Source of the DNA: Naegleria gruberi
Taxonomy: Eukaryota
Strand: one strand, 5' to 3'
DNA length: 64,000 nucleotides
Assembly (NCBI GenBank): GCA_000004985.1
Contig: GG738847.1
The translations under genes and the position numbers were made by a program. The stretch's first letter is position 1; the number at the start of each line of letters is the position of its first letter. A model generated the notes under the pieces. It searched no databases and was not told the DNA's origin. It saw nothing but the letters and a program-made list of their open reading frames with translations. Below are positions 52,674 through 63,592 of this stretch, piece after piece.

Positions 52674-54275
52674 ATGTGCTTCAACAACAAACAAGTTAGG
52701 CACAGTTTGTATGCTGGCATCTTTGCTGTTCTCATCATCATTGGTTGCCTCACCAGTTTTACTATGGGAGCCACAGAACACACAAGTCATCATAGAGATC
52801 CATTACCTAATCACGACTCTAATGATTACACTTATCAACATTCAAGCGGTTACATCCTGGTCAACTCCACTTATCAAAAACATTATTGGTACTATTTCCA
52901 ACAAGCTGCAACTAATCCAATTGAACGACCACTGATCTTGTTCTTGAATGGAGGTCCAGGTTGTTCATCAATGGAATATTTTGGAAGTGGCATTGGAAAT
53001 GTCAATGTTTCAACTGATGGAAAGCTCGCAATGGAAGATAACTACTATTCATGGAATAGGTTTGCAAATGTTATTTATTTGGATGCTCCAGCTGGTGTTG
53101 GTTACAGTTACGCAAATGACACCAGTGTTTATAAAGTGAATTCTGATGCACAAACAGCAGCAGAAACAAGATCTTTCCTCATTGAATTCCTAAACCATTA
53201 TTCCAAGTTCAGAAATAATGAGGTTTACATTTCTGGAGCTAGCTATGGTGGAAAATATGTTCCAGCTTTGGCAAAACTCATCTTGGAAGAAAATCTAAAG
53301 GGTGAATTCGTCATTAACTTGAAAGGAATCACACTTGGTAATCCCTTAATTCATTGGCAACAATCATTTATCTCATCATCCAATTACTATGCCTCTGTGG
53401 GAATGATTTCGAAAGAATTACTTGTAGAAGCTGCTTCAATTTGTGGATGGAACGATCCAGATAATTGGTTGGTTACTCACTCTGGCAATCAAGAATGCAC
53501 TGACAAATGTATGACTATCTATACTCAAGCTCATTCTGGAATTAATATTTTTAACTTGTTTAAGGATACATGTAACAATAATAATTTGAATAGCCTTGCT
53601 TGTTATGGAGAACATTTGAAGAAGTATATGAATTTGGAATCTGTTCAATCCTTCTTCAAGCTGAGAAGTAAGGTGGATTGGGATGCTTGCTATCCAAGAA
53701 ATGGTTTCGAATATGGAAAGGACGAATTTGTAAATGGTCTTCCAGCACTTCAATATCTTCTCGATAGGAAGAATTTCAAAACTTTGATTTATACTGGAGA
53801 TATGGATGGATCTACTCCTGTCGTGGGATTCTATGATGTTTTTGCTAAGGCAAATGGATTGACTGTTCAAGCAAATCTCACAACTTGGTCTGTTGATTAT
53901 CAAGTTGCTGGTAGAAAGACAGTTTACAGTAATGGATTGACATATGCAACAGTTAGAGGAGCAGGTCATATTGCTCCACTCGATCAACCAGCTAGAGTTT
54001 ATGCTTTGGTTTCAAACTTTATTCAAAATGGTGTCATTCCTGATTCGATTCTTCTACCAGAACTTCCAGAACCAGATCAGATCAATACTCCAGAAGTCAT
54101 TGCCCTGAAAACTCTCTCCGTTTTATTCATTTTTCTGACCATTATCCTTACCATTGTTGTCATTGTTTTGGCTGTCTGTTTGGGACGCCAATGTTCGAAA
54201 GTTAGAAAGGCAGGCGACTTTTTAAAGAGCTCTCAAATTCTATTGGTTTCAGATACTAACAAGGAACTATTATAA
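52674..54275 (+). CDS. Serine carboxypeptidase, peptidase family S10 (Kex1/cathepsin-A-like), with an N-terminal signal anchor and a C-terminal TM anchor.
   Basis: ATG at 52674 (MCFNNKQVRHSLYAGIFAVLIIIGCLTSF; the track start at 52602 is a TTG). S10 motifs: LFLNGGPGCSS; active-site Ser region VYISGASYGGKYVP (GESYAG variant with Ser retained); Asp in YTGDMDGSTP; His in VRGAGHIAPLDQP. C-terminal TM LSVLFIFLTIILTIVVIVLAVCLG. The 183-aa minus-strand ORF 53436-53987 is antisense noise. Confidence 0.85.
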   Translation: MCFNNKQVRHSLYAGIFAVLIIIGCLTSFTMGATEHTSHHRDPLPNHDSNDYTYQHSSGYILVNSTYQKHYWYYFQQAATNPIERPLILFLNGGPGCSSMEYFGSGIGNVNVSTDGKLAMEDNYYSWNRFANVIYLDAPAGVGYSYANDTSVYKVNSDAQTAAETRSFLIEFLNHYSKFRNNEVYISGASYGGKYVPALAKLILEENLKGEFVINLKGITLGNPLIHWQQSFISSSNYYASVGMISKELLVEAASICGWNDPDNWLVTHSGNQECTDKCMTIYTQAHSGINIFNLFKDTCNNNNLNSLACYGEHLKKYMNLESVQSFFKLRSKVDWDACYPRNGFEYGKDEFVNGLPALQYLLDRKNFKTLIYTGDMDGSTPVVGFYDVFAKANGLTVQANLTTWSVDYQVAGRKTVYSNGLTYATVRGAGHIAPLDQPARVYALVSNFIQNGVIPDSILLPELPEPDQINTPEVIALKTLSVLFIFLTIILTIVVIVLAVCLGRQCSKVRKAGDFLKSSQILLVSDTNKELL

Positions 54276-54541
54276 AATAAATCCAAGTACTAAGACTGTT
54301 CATCATTCCAACAACAAAGTGCATTTCAAAATGTCAACATGGATCAATATTCATTTTATGATTTTCATACAATTGAATTAACCTCAATAAACGTTTTTGA
54401 AGTGACACACATTTTGCAAACAAGTCATTCACCCATCAACCTACTTGAACAAATCATTGAACCTGTCATCACAATTATTATTTAACCATCACATCCCGAT
54501 CAACTTGACAAAATTCACAAACAAAAAAAAAATAATTCAAC

Positions 54542-55675
54542 ATGTCCTTCTGTGAAGACGTTCAAGCCCTCGTTGTCGATAACGGTTCTGGTATGTGTAA
54601 AGCTGGTTTTGCTGGTGATGATGCTCCAAGAGCTGTCTTCCCTTCAATTATTGGTAGACCAAAGCAAAAATCAATCATGGTTGGTATGGGTAACAAGGAT
54701 GCCTATGTTGGTGATGAAGCTCAATCAAAGAGAGGTATCTTAACTTTGAAGTATCCAATTGAACATGGTATTGTTACCAATTGGGATGATATGGAAAAGA
54801 TTTGGCATCACACTTTCTACAATGAATTGAGAGTTGCTCCAGAAGAACACCCAGTCTTGTTGACTGAAGCTCCTTTGAATCCAAAGGCCAACAGAGAAAA
54901 GATGACTCAAATCATGTTTGAAACCTTCTCAGTTCCAGCAATGTATGTTGCTATTCAAGCTGTCTTGTCCTTGTATGCTTCTGGTAGAACTACTGGTATT
55001 GTTTTGGACTCTGGTGATGGTGTCTCTCACACTGTTCCAATTTATGAAGGTTATGCTTTGCCACACGCCATTTTGAGATTGGATTTGGCTGGTCGTGACT
55101 TGACTGATTATTTGATGAAGATTTTGATGGAAAGAGGTTACTCATTCAATACTACTGCTGAAAGAGAAATTGTCAGAGATATTAAGGAAAAGCTCTGTTA
55201 TATTGCTTTGGACTTTGAAGCTGAAATGAAGGTTGCTGCTGAATCATCCTCTGTTGAAAAGTCATACGAATTGCCAGATGGTAATGTCATTACTGTTGGT
55301 AATGAAAGATTCAGATGTCCAGAAGTCTTGTTCCAACCTAATTTCATTGGTATGGAAGCTGCTGGTGTTCATGAAACTACTTTCAACTCCATTGGTAAAT
55401 GTGATATTGATATCAGAAAGGACTTGTATGGTAACGTTGTCTTGTCTGGTGGTACTACTATGTTCGAAGGTATTGCTGAAAGAATGACCAAGGAATTGAC
55501 TGCTATGGCTCCTGCCTCAATGAAGATTAAGGTTGTTGCTCCACCAGAAAGAAAGTACTCTGTCTGGATTGGTGGTTCCATCTTAGCGAGCCTTTCGACC
55601 TTTCAGCAGATGTGGATCACAAAGGAAGAATATGAGGATGCCGGTCCAGGTATCGTTCACAGAAAGTGTTTCTAA
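54542..55675 (+). CDS. Conventional actin, 377 aa, single exon.
   Basis: [41 protein letters not shown]...[17 protein letters not shown]. Near-complete identity to canonical actins over its whole length. The ATG is preceded by an A-run. The N-terminus MSFCED and K41-Q42-K43 are mildly unusual. Confidence 0.95.
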
Positions 55676-56094
55676 ATTGGCACTTTGTATAGTCAACTAT
55701 CGAGCTCTGTAAAAATAAATCTGTAATTTAAATGAATTTTTCAAAAATGACTTGATTTTTGGAATCTCCATGGTTTGTTTGGTGGGCCCAGGTGTGTGAA
55801 CCTTTTTAAATTGTCAAGTAGTTAGCGATGGGGAAGGCAACGATTGAAATTAGAGAGCTAGACAATATTTCATTGGCAAAAAAAATAAATGAACACCTCA
55901 AAAGGTTTGGTTTGGAATTCGAGTTGACTTATTTGGGTTATTAAAGATATTACTTAGTGAAGATTGATTGTATTTTTATGATCTATTAATGATGTAAATT
56001 TGAAGGTTTAAATTCTTGTCGGCTTTTCCATAAATCTGTTTTGTGACCACTGAGATAATTTGATGTTACCATTTCTAAGCTTAGTAATGATCTT

Positions 56095-56437
56095 TTATAT
56101 ATGATGATAGAAAATTGGGTCACGTTTCAAAGCTTTTCTATCAATCAAGGACCAAATAAGAGTAATTTCTCTTTTAATATTATCATAAGACCATGAAATT
56201 GGAAAAACTATTCTCTCAATATTGGCCCAAAATTGAAGGGATGGTCTCAAGGCTTCAACACGAGATGATTGACCTTGAATTGTAAGATAAGCAATTATAA
56301 ACGTAGTTCCTTCGAATTTGTTCCATAATTCGGATAATGGTTTGANNNNNNNNNNNNNNNNNNNNNNNNNNNNNNNNNNNNNNNNNNNNNNNNNNCGAAT
56401 TTGTCCATAATTCGGATAATGGTTTGATTAAAAGCAT
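56095..56437 (-). CDS. Putative small minus-strand CDS, interrupted by the 50-nt assembly gap. The lower-coordinate part encodes ...KPLSELWNKFEGTTFIIAYLTIQGQSSRVEALRPSLQFWANIERIVFPISWSYDNIKREITLIWSLIDRKALKRDPIFYHHI*. Function unknown.
   Basis: Minus-strand frame is open from ATG ~56437 (MLLIKPLSELW) into the gap. The sequence on the two sides of the gap is a near-exact duplicate (cgaatttgt(t)ccataattcggataatggtttga), so the gap is probably a contig-overlap artefact. A possible upstream exon MDPITRCLKLPEKPT with a GTAAAA donor lies at ~56690. Weak model. Confidence 0.3.
56346..56395. other. Assembly gap (50 N) flanked by a ~33-bp direct duplication. Likely a scaffolding join of overlapping contig ends.
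   Basis: N-run 56346-56395. Left flank is ...cgaatttgttccataattcggataatggtttga and right flank is cgaatttgtccataattcggataatggtttga... Confidence 0.9.
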
Positions 56438-56731
56438 CCTTCTTGTGATACTTTTTCTCTTCTTTAATCTTGGTAGTTAATAGCTTTACGAGTTGAGGCC
56501 ACCAAATCTAGGAGCTCCATTCTGGAATTACAAATGTCGCTATTGATCCCTGGATTTGATAAGATGAATGAGAGCTTGACTGATCAATCCTATTGGGTTT
56601 AAGGAACACAATAACTCACTAGTTCTTTTACCTAGTTGGCTTCTCAGGGAGTTTCAGACAGCGGGTAATTGGGTCCATAAGAAAACACACATTTGGATTG
56701 GAATACAAAAAGGTATTTATTTAAAGAGAGA

Positions 56732-59700
56732 TTAAACATGCTTCAATTCAATCGTAGAACTGCTTTCTTGTGTTTGCATGTATGAGTGTGAATTTCTTGT
56801 ATTGTTCTTATCTTTACCGAGTTTCTTTACTACAAACCAAATAATTACTGCAATTAGTAGGGCAGTTAGTGGAATGAGGACTAGTAACATTAATAACCAC
56901 ATTAATGGATTGCTAGTTGCAGGTTTTTTGACAATTATATTTGAATTTGATGAAGAGGAGGTTGATGCAGTTTCAATTGATTTGTATTCAAGAATTGCAA
57001 GATTATATCTTAATGAAGAGCATTCACAAGTTGCTATTTGGTTCTTGATAGAAATGGAACAATCAGTTTCCAATGATGCTGATCCAATGTTAGCACAAAC
57101 ATAAGTTGACTGACTGTCGTATTGTTTCATCTCAATGTCGAATAAGTATTTTGAATAAGATTGAGGTGAAGGATCAAGTTGTAAACTATTTACAACTGAA
57201 TTGATAGATATCATCTTTCCAGGTTGCTTTAAAATTGCAATGGTATCTGTATTTTTTTGAATATTCCATCTATACTTGATTGGTGACTTGATTGAATTGG
57301 TTTTCAAGAAAGATGAAATGTTCAATGGTAACGTGATATTTACCATCTCACTTTCGAATTTCATTCCATTCATTTCATTCTTGAAATGCTTGTTTAAAAC
57401 TGTCAAATAACTGTTAGTTTCAAATTTAAATGGTGTTTGACCAATTAAAACATTTCTCAATAAAACTTGTCCTAATAATTCAAAAGTTTCCAATAATTTT
57501 TCATTTGAAACTAAAGCCATTAAATTTTCTTGCAAATTCATAATATTTTGCAAGTTGACCAAATCGCCTCTAGACAGAACAAAGGCAGTGCTTGATTGAA
57601 CTGATGCCAAAGCATCTCTCAATAAAAATAAACTAGAGTTGGCCGTTTGGTTGGAATGATATTCAGAATTTTGTGAAATTGAATTCAATCCAAATAATAA
57701 ATTTGTAATGTAATTTCTATTTGTTGATTCTGCAGCAGTTGTCATGATTTGACTGGAACCCATAAAATCATTCAATAAATCTCTAATTAAAGATTGAATA
57801 AATTCAAAATCTTCAATGGTCCATCTACAATTACTTGTTGTAAATCCAGAATTACAAACACATTTCCCATCCTTAAATTGTCCATTTCCATTACATAAAC
57901 CTCTCTTTGAACTTATACTGTTAATTAATAAATTCATTGTTCTAGAAATGGTTGCAGTATTGAAAACACTTCGTTGATAATCACCAATAGGAGCCAGTGC
58001 TGCAATTTGGTTCCAAGAAGCTGTTAACTTTTTGATTTCTGCTAAACTTTTGACAACTGGAAGAGTGATGGTAACTTGTTTGGTTGTTATGGAGCTAGAT
58101 CCTGTTAATGGATCAATTACCTTGATATAAAGATCTAATTTGTTTCCAGAATTTGGCATTGGAAGTTTTTGATATAATTCTTCTGTTTTAGAAAGTGGAA
58201 AGGTAGATTTTGAAAAATCATCCATAAAACCATATTCGAAAGTATTACTATTCTGATCGTTTTGACATTTTGGACAATTGAAAGTAAATATTGTTGTCAT
58301 TGCAATACCACTCAAAGGTGACACTTGACAGTCACATGGTTTTGGTGATTTGTTAATTATAAATGAATGATTCAAAGAGGCAGATAACAAAGACTCAATA
58401 TTAGTAACTTTGAAAGAAATTTGATAAGTAGAACCTTCTGTCAAAGAAGACGTGTCCAAAATTAATTCGTTGGACTCGGAAAGTTGCATTCTCATAGTAC
58501 TTGTCAATTCTGAAGGAATAGATTGACCATTCATTGTCCATTCTCTAATAATATTGCTGCTTGCACTCGAAACAATACTTTGTACGCTTAATAAAGTTCC
58601 CTTATTCAATTTAGATGGGGGTGAGTTAGCTGGTGTGATGGAAGGTGGAATTTTTTCAGGAGATTCTGGGAATAAAATGGAGAGAGTTGAAGTGGAATAT
58701 CTGGAAACCTTACTTGACCTTAATGAAATGTCGAATTGAGAAGCACCGTTCACTAATGATTTTGTAATTGTTAATGTATTATTCTTGATAGATGATAGAT
58801 ATTGTAAGATGTTGTCATTGTTATTCAAATTATTGGTAGACCATTCTCTTTCGAATGGAATAGTTTGCAAATCAGAATCCATTTCTTCAATCTCAATTGT
58901 TACTTGGTCAATTGTTAATTCAATTTGGATCAAGTTAACAACCAGTGGACTAGCTGTCATTTGGATATTAAGATTGGCTGATGAAATTTGATCTTCTTTG
59001 CCTTTCAAATATGATGAAACTTTAACTTGATGTGTTAACTGTGCCAAATCATTAAATTTAACAATCTTCAAGTTATTGTAAGAGTCAACTTGATATTCCA
59101 TTCCAGTTCCACTCAAATATTCCCATTTTACAATAATTTCAGAGTTTGAAGGTAAACAAGAAGGTAAGGTTATTAATTTTCTTACAATCAAAGGCAATGA
59201 ACTTGTTGAAAGAGAAAGGCTGTCACTTCCGTCAATAGAAATGACAGGTGTTGCATAATTCATCTTTTGGAATGTGACTTGCTTAGATGAGGATGCTTTC
59301 AAAATTTGGCTTGTAGCTGTCAATTTGAAAGTATGACTTCCAGCATTTATACTGTCAAAAATGATTGACAATTTGCTTGAATAATTGTTTGGAAGTGTCA
59401 TCATGTTTGAAGATACAATTTCCCATTTATAGGAAATTTGTTTTCCATCTGTGGAATAACTTTCACTTGCATCCAATAGAATATTTTCACAACTTGAATA
59501 TGTTGTTTTTGAAGAAATTAAAATTGTTGGGCGAATGGGATTTTCAGCATTTCCAATTTTGAATGATTGATAATCATTTCCTAATTTGTTTCTATTAAAC
59601 ACATTTCTATTCAATAAAATTTCTTGATCAACTTGAATAGAATTATCAGTTCCCAATTCAATAATAAAATCATTGGATGTCTTATTAGAATATCTACAAA

Positions 59701-60600
59701 CTACATTTGAACCAAATGAGGAAATACTTGAAGAATCTAATAAATTGTTACAATCAACATTTAAGGATGTGAAATGATTTGGAGAGGTCATTTGGAAAAG
59801 TAATCCATTTCCTTCATTATTGAAATGTACATTGGACAATTGAGTCATGCAATCTTCTCCATAAAATCCATCATTGCAAGTATTACAATTAGTTCCATTC
59901 CAATAACCGTTAGTTTCGTCTTGGAAACAAGTACAGAAACCATAGTCATCACATGTACCATGTGAATTGCATTTCAATGTAGCATTACACTTTTCAATAA
60001 CAGTACAATTAATTCCAGAGTATGGAATTTTACACTTGTCACAATTTGTTCCAACAAAGTGACCATCAATATCATTATCAAAACATGAACAGTTATTTGG
60101 AGCATTACATTTACCAACTCCATTGCAAACTTTCTTTGAATTCGATGAAATTCCATAGCAGATTGGATACTGACATATTGGCCCTTCGTAACCTTCCTCA
60201 CAAAAACATCCAACAGTTGACATGTTGAATTTACATGTACCATGTTGAGAACAAACTTTTGGATCTTTTTGTGGTAACCACATATCAACTCCTGCCTTAC
60301 ATAAAATCGTTTCACATTGTGGACCTATTGCTCTTCCACTTTCGGATTCCAAACAAGTACATTGATTAGCACCTGTGCATTTTCCTTGACCATTCGTACA
60401 AGCTTTCGAGTCATTATTGGATTTAAAACCAAAGCATGAATGAGAGGAACAAGTTTCTCCATCATATCCATCTAGACATTTGCATGTGTCCAAGGTTATG
60501 CATTGGCCATGGGAGGAACAAACTGAAGAATTGTAAAATGGAATTCCAAAACAAGATGGGAAATTACACTTAGCCCCAAACCATTTAGGATTACAAGAAC
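56732..60600 (-). CDS. 3' portion (>=1290 aa) of a large extracellular/type I membrane protein. It has multiple EGF-like / laminin-EGF-like repeats, a long S/T/N-rich region, a C-terminal TM (LMWLLMLLVLIPLTALLIAVIIWFVV) and a short cytoplasmic tail. The 5' end is lost in the assembly gap.
   Basis: ORF 56732-60493 (track M is a TTG). The same frame stays open upstream to the gap edge (..CNPKWFGAKCNFPSCFGIPFYNSSVCSSHGQCITLDTCKCLDGYDGETCSSHSCFG..), so the gene continues into 60601-63071. EGF patterns: CxC..G..G..C. The plus-strand ORFs inside are antisense noise. Confidence 0.75.
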
Positions 60601-63071
60601 NNNNNNNNNNNNNNNNNNNNNNNNNNNNNNNNNNNNNNNNNNNNNNNNNNNNNNNNNNNNNNNNNNNNNNNNNNNNNNNNNNNNNNNNNNNNNNNNNNNN
60701 NNNNNNNNNNNNNNNNNNNNNNNNNNNNNNNNNNNNNNNNNNNNNNNNNNNNNNNNNNNNNNNNNNNNNNNNNNNNNNNNNNNNNNNNNNNNNNNNNNNN
60801 NNNNNNNNNNNNNNNNNNNNNNNNNNNNNNNNNNNNNNNNNNNNNNNNNNNNNNNNNNNNNNNNNNNNNNNNNNNNNNNNNNNNNNNNNNNNNNNNNNNN
60901 NNNNNNNNNNNNNNNNNNNNNNNNNNNNNNNNNNNNNNNNNNNNNNNNNNNNNNNNNNNNNNNNNNNNNNNNNNNNNNNNNNNNNNNNNNNNNNNNNNNN
61001 NNNNNNNNNNNNNNNNNNNNNNNNNNNNNNNNNNNNNNNNNNNNNNNNNNNNNNNNNNNNNNNNNNNNNNNNNNNNNNNNNNNNNNNNNNNNNNNNNNNN
61101 NNNNNNNNNNNNNNNNNNNNNNNNNNNNNNNNNNNNNNNNNNNNNNNNNNNNNNNNNNNNNNNNNNNNNNNNNNNNNNNNNNNNNNNNNNNNNNNNNNNN
61201 NNNNNNNNNNNNNNNNNNNNNNNNNNNNNNNNNNNNNNNNNNNNNNNNNNNNNNNNNNNNNNNNNNNNNNNNNNNNNNNNNNNNNNNNNNNNNNNNNNNN
61301 NNNNNNNNNNNNNNNNNNNNNNNNNNNNNNNNNNNNNNNNNNNNNNNNNNNNNNNNNNNNNNNNNNNNNNNNNNNNNNNNNNNNNNNNNNNNNNNNNNNN
61401 NNNNNNNNNNNNNNNNNNNNNNNNNNNNNNNNNNNNNNNNNNNNNNNNNNNNNNNNNNNNNNNNNNNNNNNNNNNNNNNNNNNNNNNNNNNNNNNNNNNN
61501 NNNNNNNNNNNNNNNNNNNNNNNNNNNNNNNNNNNNNNNNNNNNNNNNNNNNNNNNNNNNNNNNNNNNNNNNNNNNNNNNNNNNNNNNNNNNNNNNNNNN
61601 NNNNNNNNNNNNNNNNNNNNNNNNNNNNNNNNNNNNNNNNNNNNNNNNNNNNNNNNNNNNNNNNNNNNNNNNNNNNNNNNNNNNNNNNNNNNNNNNNNNN
61701 NNNNNNNNNNNNNNNNNNNNNNNNNNNNNNNNNNNNNNNNNNNNNNNNNNNNNNNNNNNNNNNNNNNNNNNNNNNNNNNNNNNNNNNNNNNNNNNNNNNN
61801 NNNNNNNNNNNNNNNNNNNNNNNNNNNNNNNNNNNNNNNNNNNNNNNNNNNNNNNNNNNNNNNNNNNNNNNNNNNNNNNNNNNNNNNNNNNNNNNNNNNN
61901 NNNNNNNNNNNNNNNNNNNNNNNNNNNNNNNNNNNNNNNNNNNNNNNNNNNNNNNNNNNNNNNNNNNNNNNNNNNNNNNNNNNNNNNNNNNNNNNNNNNN
62001 NNNNNNNNNNNNNNNNNNNNNNNNNNNNNNNNNNNNNNNNNNNNNNNNNNNNNNNNNNNNNNNNNNNNNNNNNNNNNNNNNNNNNNNNNNNNNNNNNNNN
62101 NNNNNNNNNNNNNNNNNNNNNNNNNNNNNNNNNNNNNNNNNNNNNNNNNNNNNNNNNNNNNNNNNNNNNNNNNNNNNNNNNNNNNNNNNNNNNNNNNNNN
62201 NNNNNNNNNNNNNNNNNNNNNNNNNNNNNNNNNNNNNNNNNNNNNNNNNNNNNNNNNNNNNNNNNNNNNNNNNNNNNNNNNNNNNNNNNNNNNNNNNNNN
62301 NNNNNNNNNNNNNNNNNNNNNNNNNNNNNNNNNNNNNNNNNNNNNNNNNNNNNNNNNNNNNNNNNNNNNNNNNNNNNNNNNNNNNNNNNNNNNNNNNNNN
62401 NNNNNNNNNNNNNNNNNNNNNNNNNNNNNNNNNNNNNNNNNNNNNNNNNNNNNNNNNNNNNNNNNNNNNNNNNNNNNNNNNNNNNNNNNNNNNNNNNNNN
62501 NNNNNNNNNNNNNNNNNNNNNNNNNNNNNNNNNNNNNNNNNNNNNNNNNNNNNNNNNNNNNNNNNNNNNNNNNNNNNNNNNNNNNNNNNNNNNNNNNNNN
62601 NNNNNNNNNNNNNNNNNNNNNNNNNNNNNNNNNNNNNNNNNNNNNNNNNNNNNNNNNNNNNNNNNNNNNNNNNNNNNNNNNNNNNNNNNNNNNNNNNNNN
62701 NNNNNNNNNNNNNNNNNNNNNNNNNNNNNNNNNNNNNNNNNNNNNNNNNNNNNNNNNNNNNNNNNNNNNNNNNNNNNNNNNNNNNNNNNNNNNNNNNNNN
62801 NNNNNNNNNNNNNNNNNNNNNNNNNNNNNNNNNNNNNNNNNNNNNNNNNNNNNNNNNNNNNNNNNNNNNNNNNNNNNNNNNNNNNNNNNNNNNNNNNNNN
62901 NNNNNNNNNNNNNNNNNNNNNNNNNNNNNNNNNNNNNNNNNNNNNNNNNNNNNNNNNNNNNNNNNNNNNNNNNNNNNNNNNNNNNNNNNNNNNNNNNNNN
63001 NNNNNNNNNNNNNNNNNNNNNNNNNNNNNNNNNNNNNNNNNNNNNNNNNNNNNNNNNNNNNNNNNNNNNNN
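60601..63071. other. Assembly gap (2471 N).
   Basis: Continuous N-run. It removes the 5' part of the EGF-repeat gene and any sequence between it and the subtelomere. Confidence 0.95.
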
Positions 63072-63592
63072 GGTACTGTATCAATTTCATAATGATCTGT
63101 ATAGTAGATGTCATTGTCTCATCCCTGTATGTATCAAGTGGATCAGCCATGTACCATGAATGATATGGATGATCTTCAAAATCATATAGATATATTTAAT
63201 TATCATGTATAGATGTATTGGAAGTGAATTGAAGTGGTATAGATTTCTATCTTCAATGTTAGTATAGGTCAGTTGACAAGTTGAATAGTAAATATCCTGA
63301 AATGATACCAAAGTATTTGAAATTGATATATATCGTTATAAACATGATTTATAAGATGATATATTGATTTGAAATGATTTTGAAATGTTTTCATTGATAT
63401 TCTAATTGTCTAATCTATTATATGAAATTAACTTATATAAGTCATTATAATGATGTAATATTATGTTATTATATGATTATATATTCAATTTGGAGTATAT
63501 TGATATATAATATATTGATTTATAATGAGTATTTATTGAGATAATTAATTAAGATGAATAAAAGTCAAAATGTTGGGTCTGACCTTAGTCGT
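63072..63592. repeat. Subtelomeric AT-rich sequence with degenerate short repeats (tgatatat / atgattt / tatatga variants); telomere-associated sequence.
   Basis: ~85% AT with no ORFs. It is rich in imperfect tandem/interspersed motifs and sits immediately internal to the telomeric tract. Confidence 0.5.

Noticed and set aside
53436-53987. 183-aa minus-strand ORF inside the carboxypeptidase gene.
   Set aside because: It lies opposite a well-supported S10 peptidase frame with all catalytic motifs, and is itself Ile/Ser/Cys-rich nonsense.
54542-55675. Possibility that the actin gene is a pseudogene or contains introns.
   Set aside because: A full-length 377-codon uninterrupted frame is present. 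All conserved actin segments are intact and the termination site is canonical (..HRKCF*).
60496-63150. 884-aa minus-strand 'ORF' in the track.
   Set aside because: It is almost entirely translation of N (X residues) across the assembly gap. The only real residues near 60496-60600 are in a different frame from the true EGF-repeat gene.
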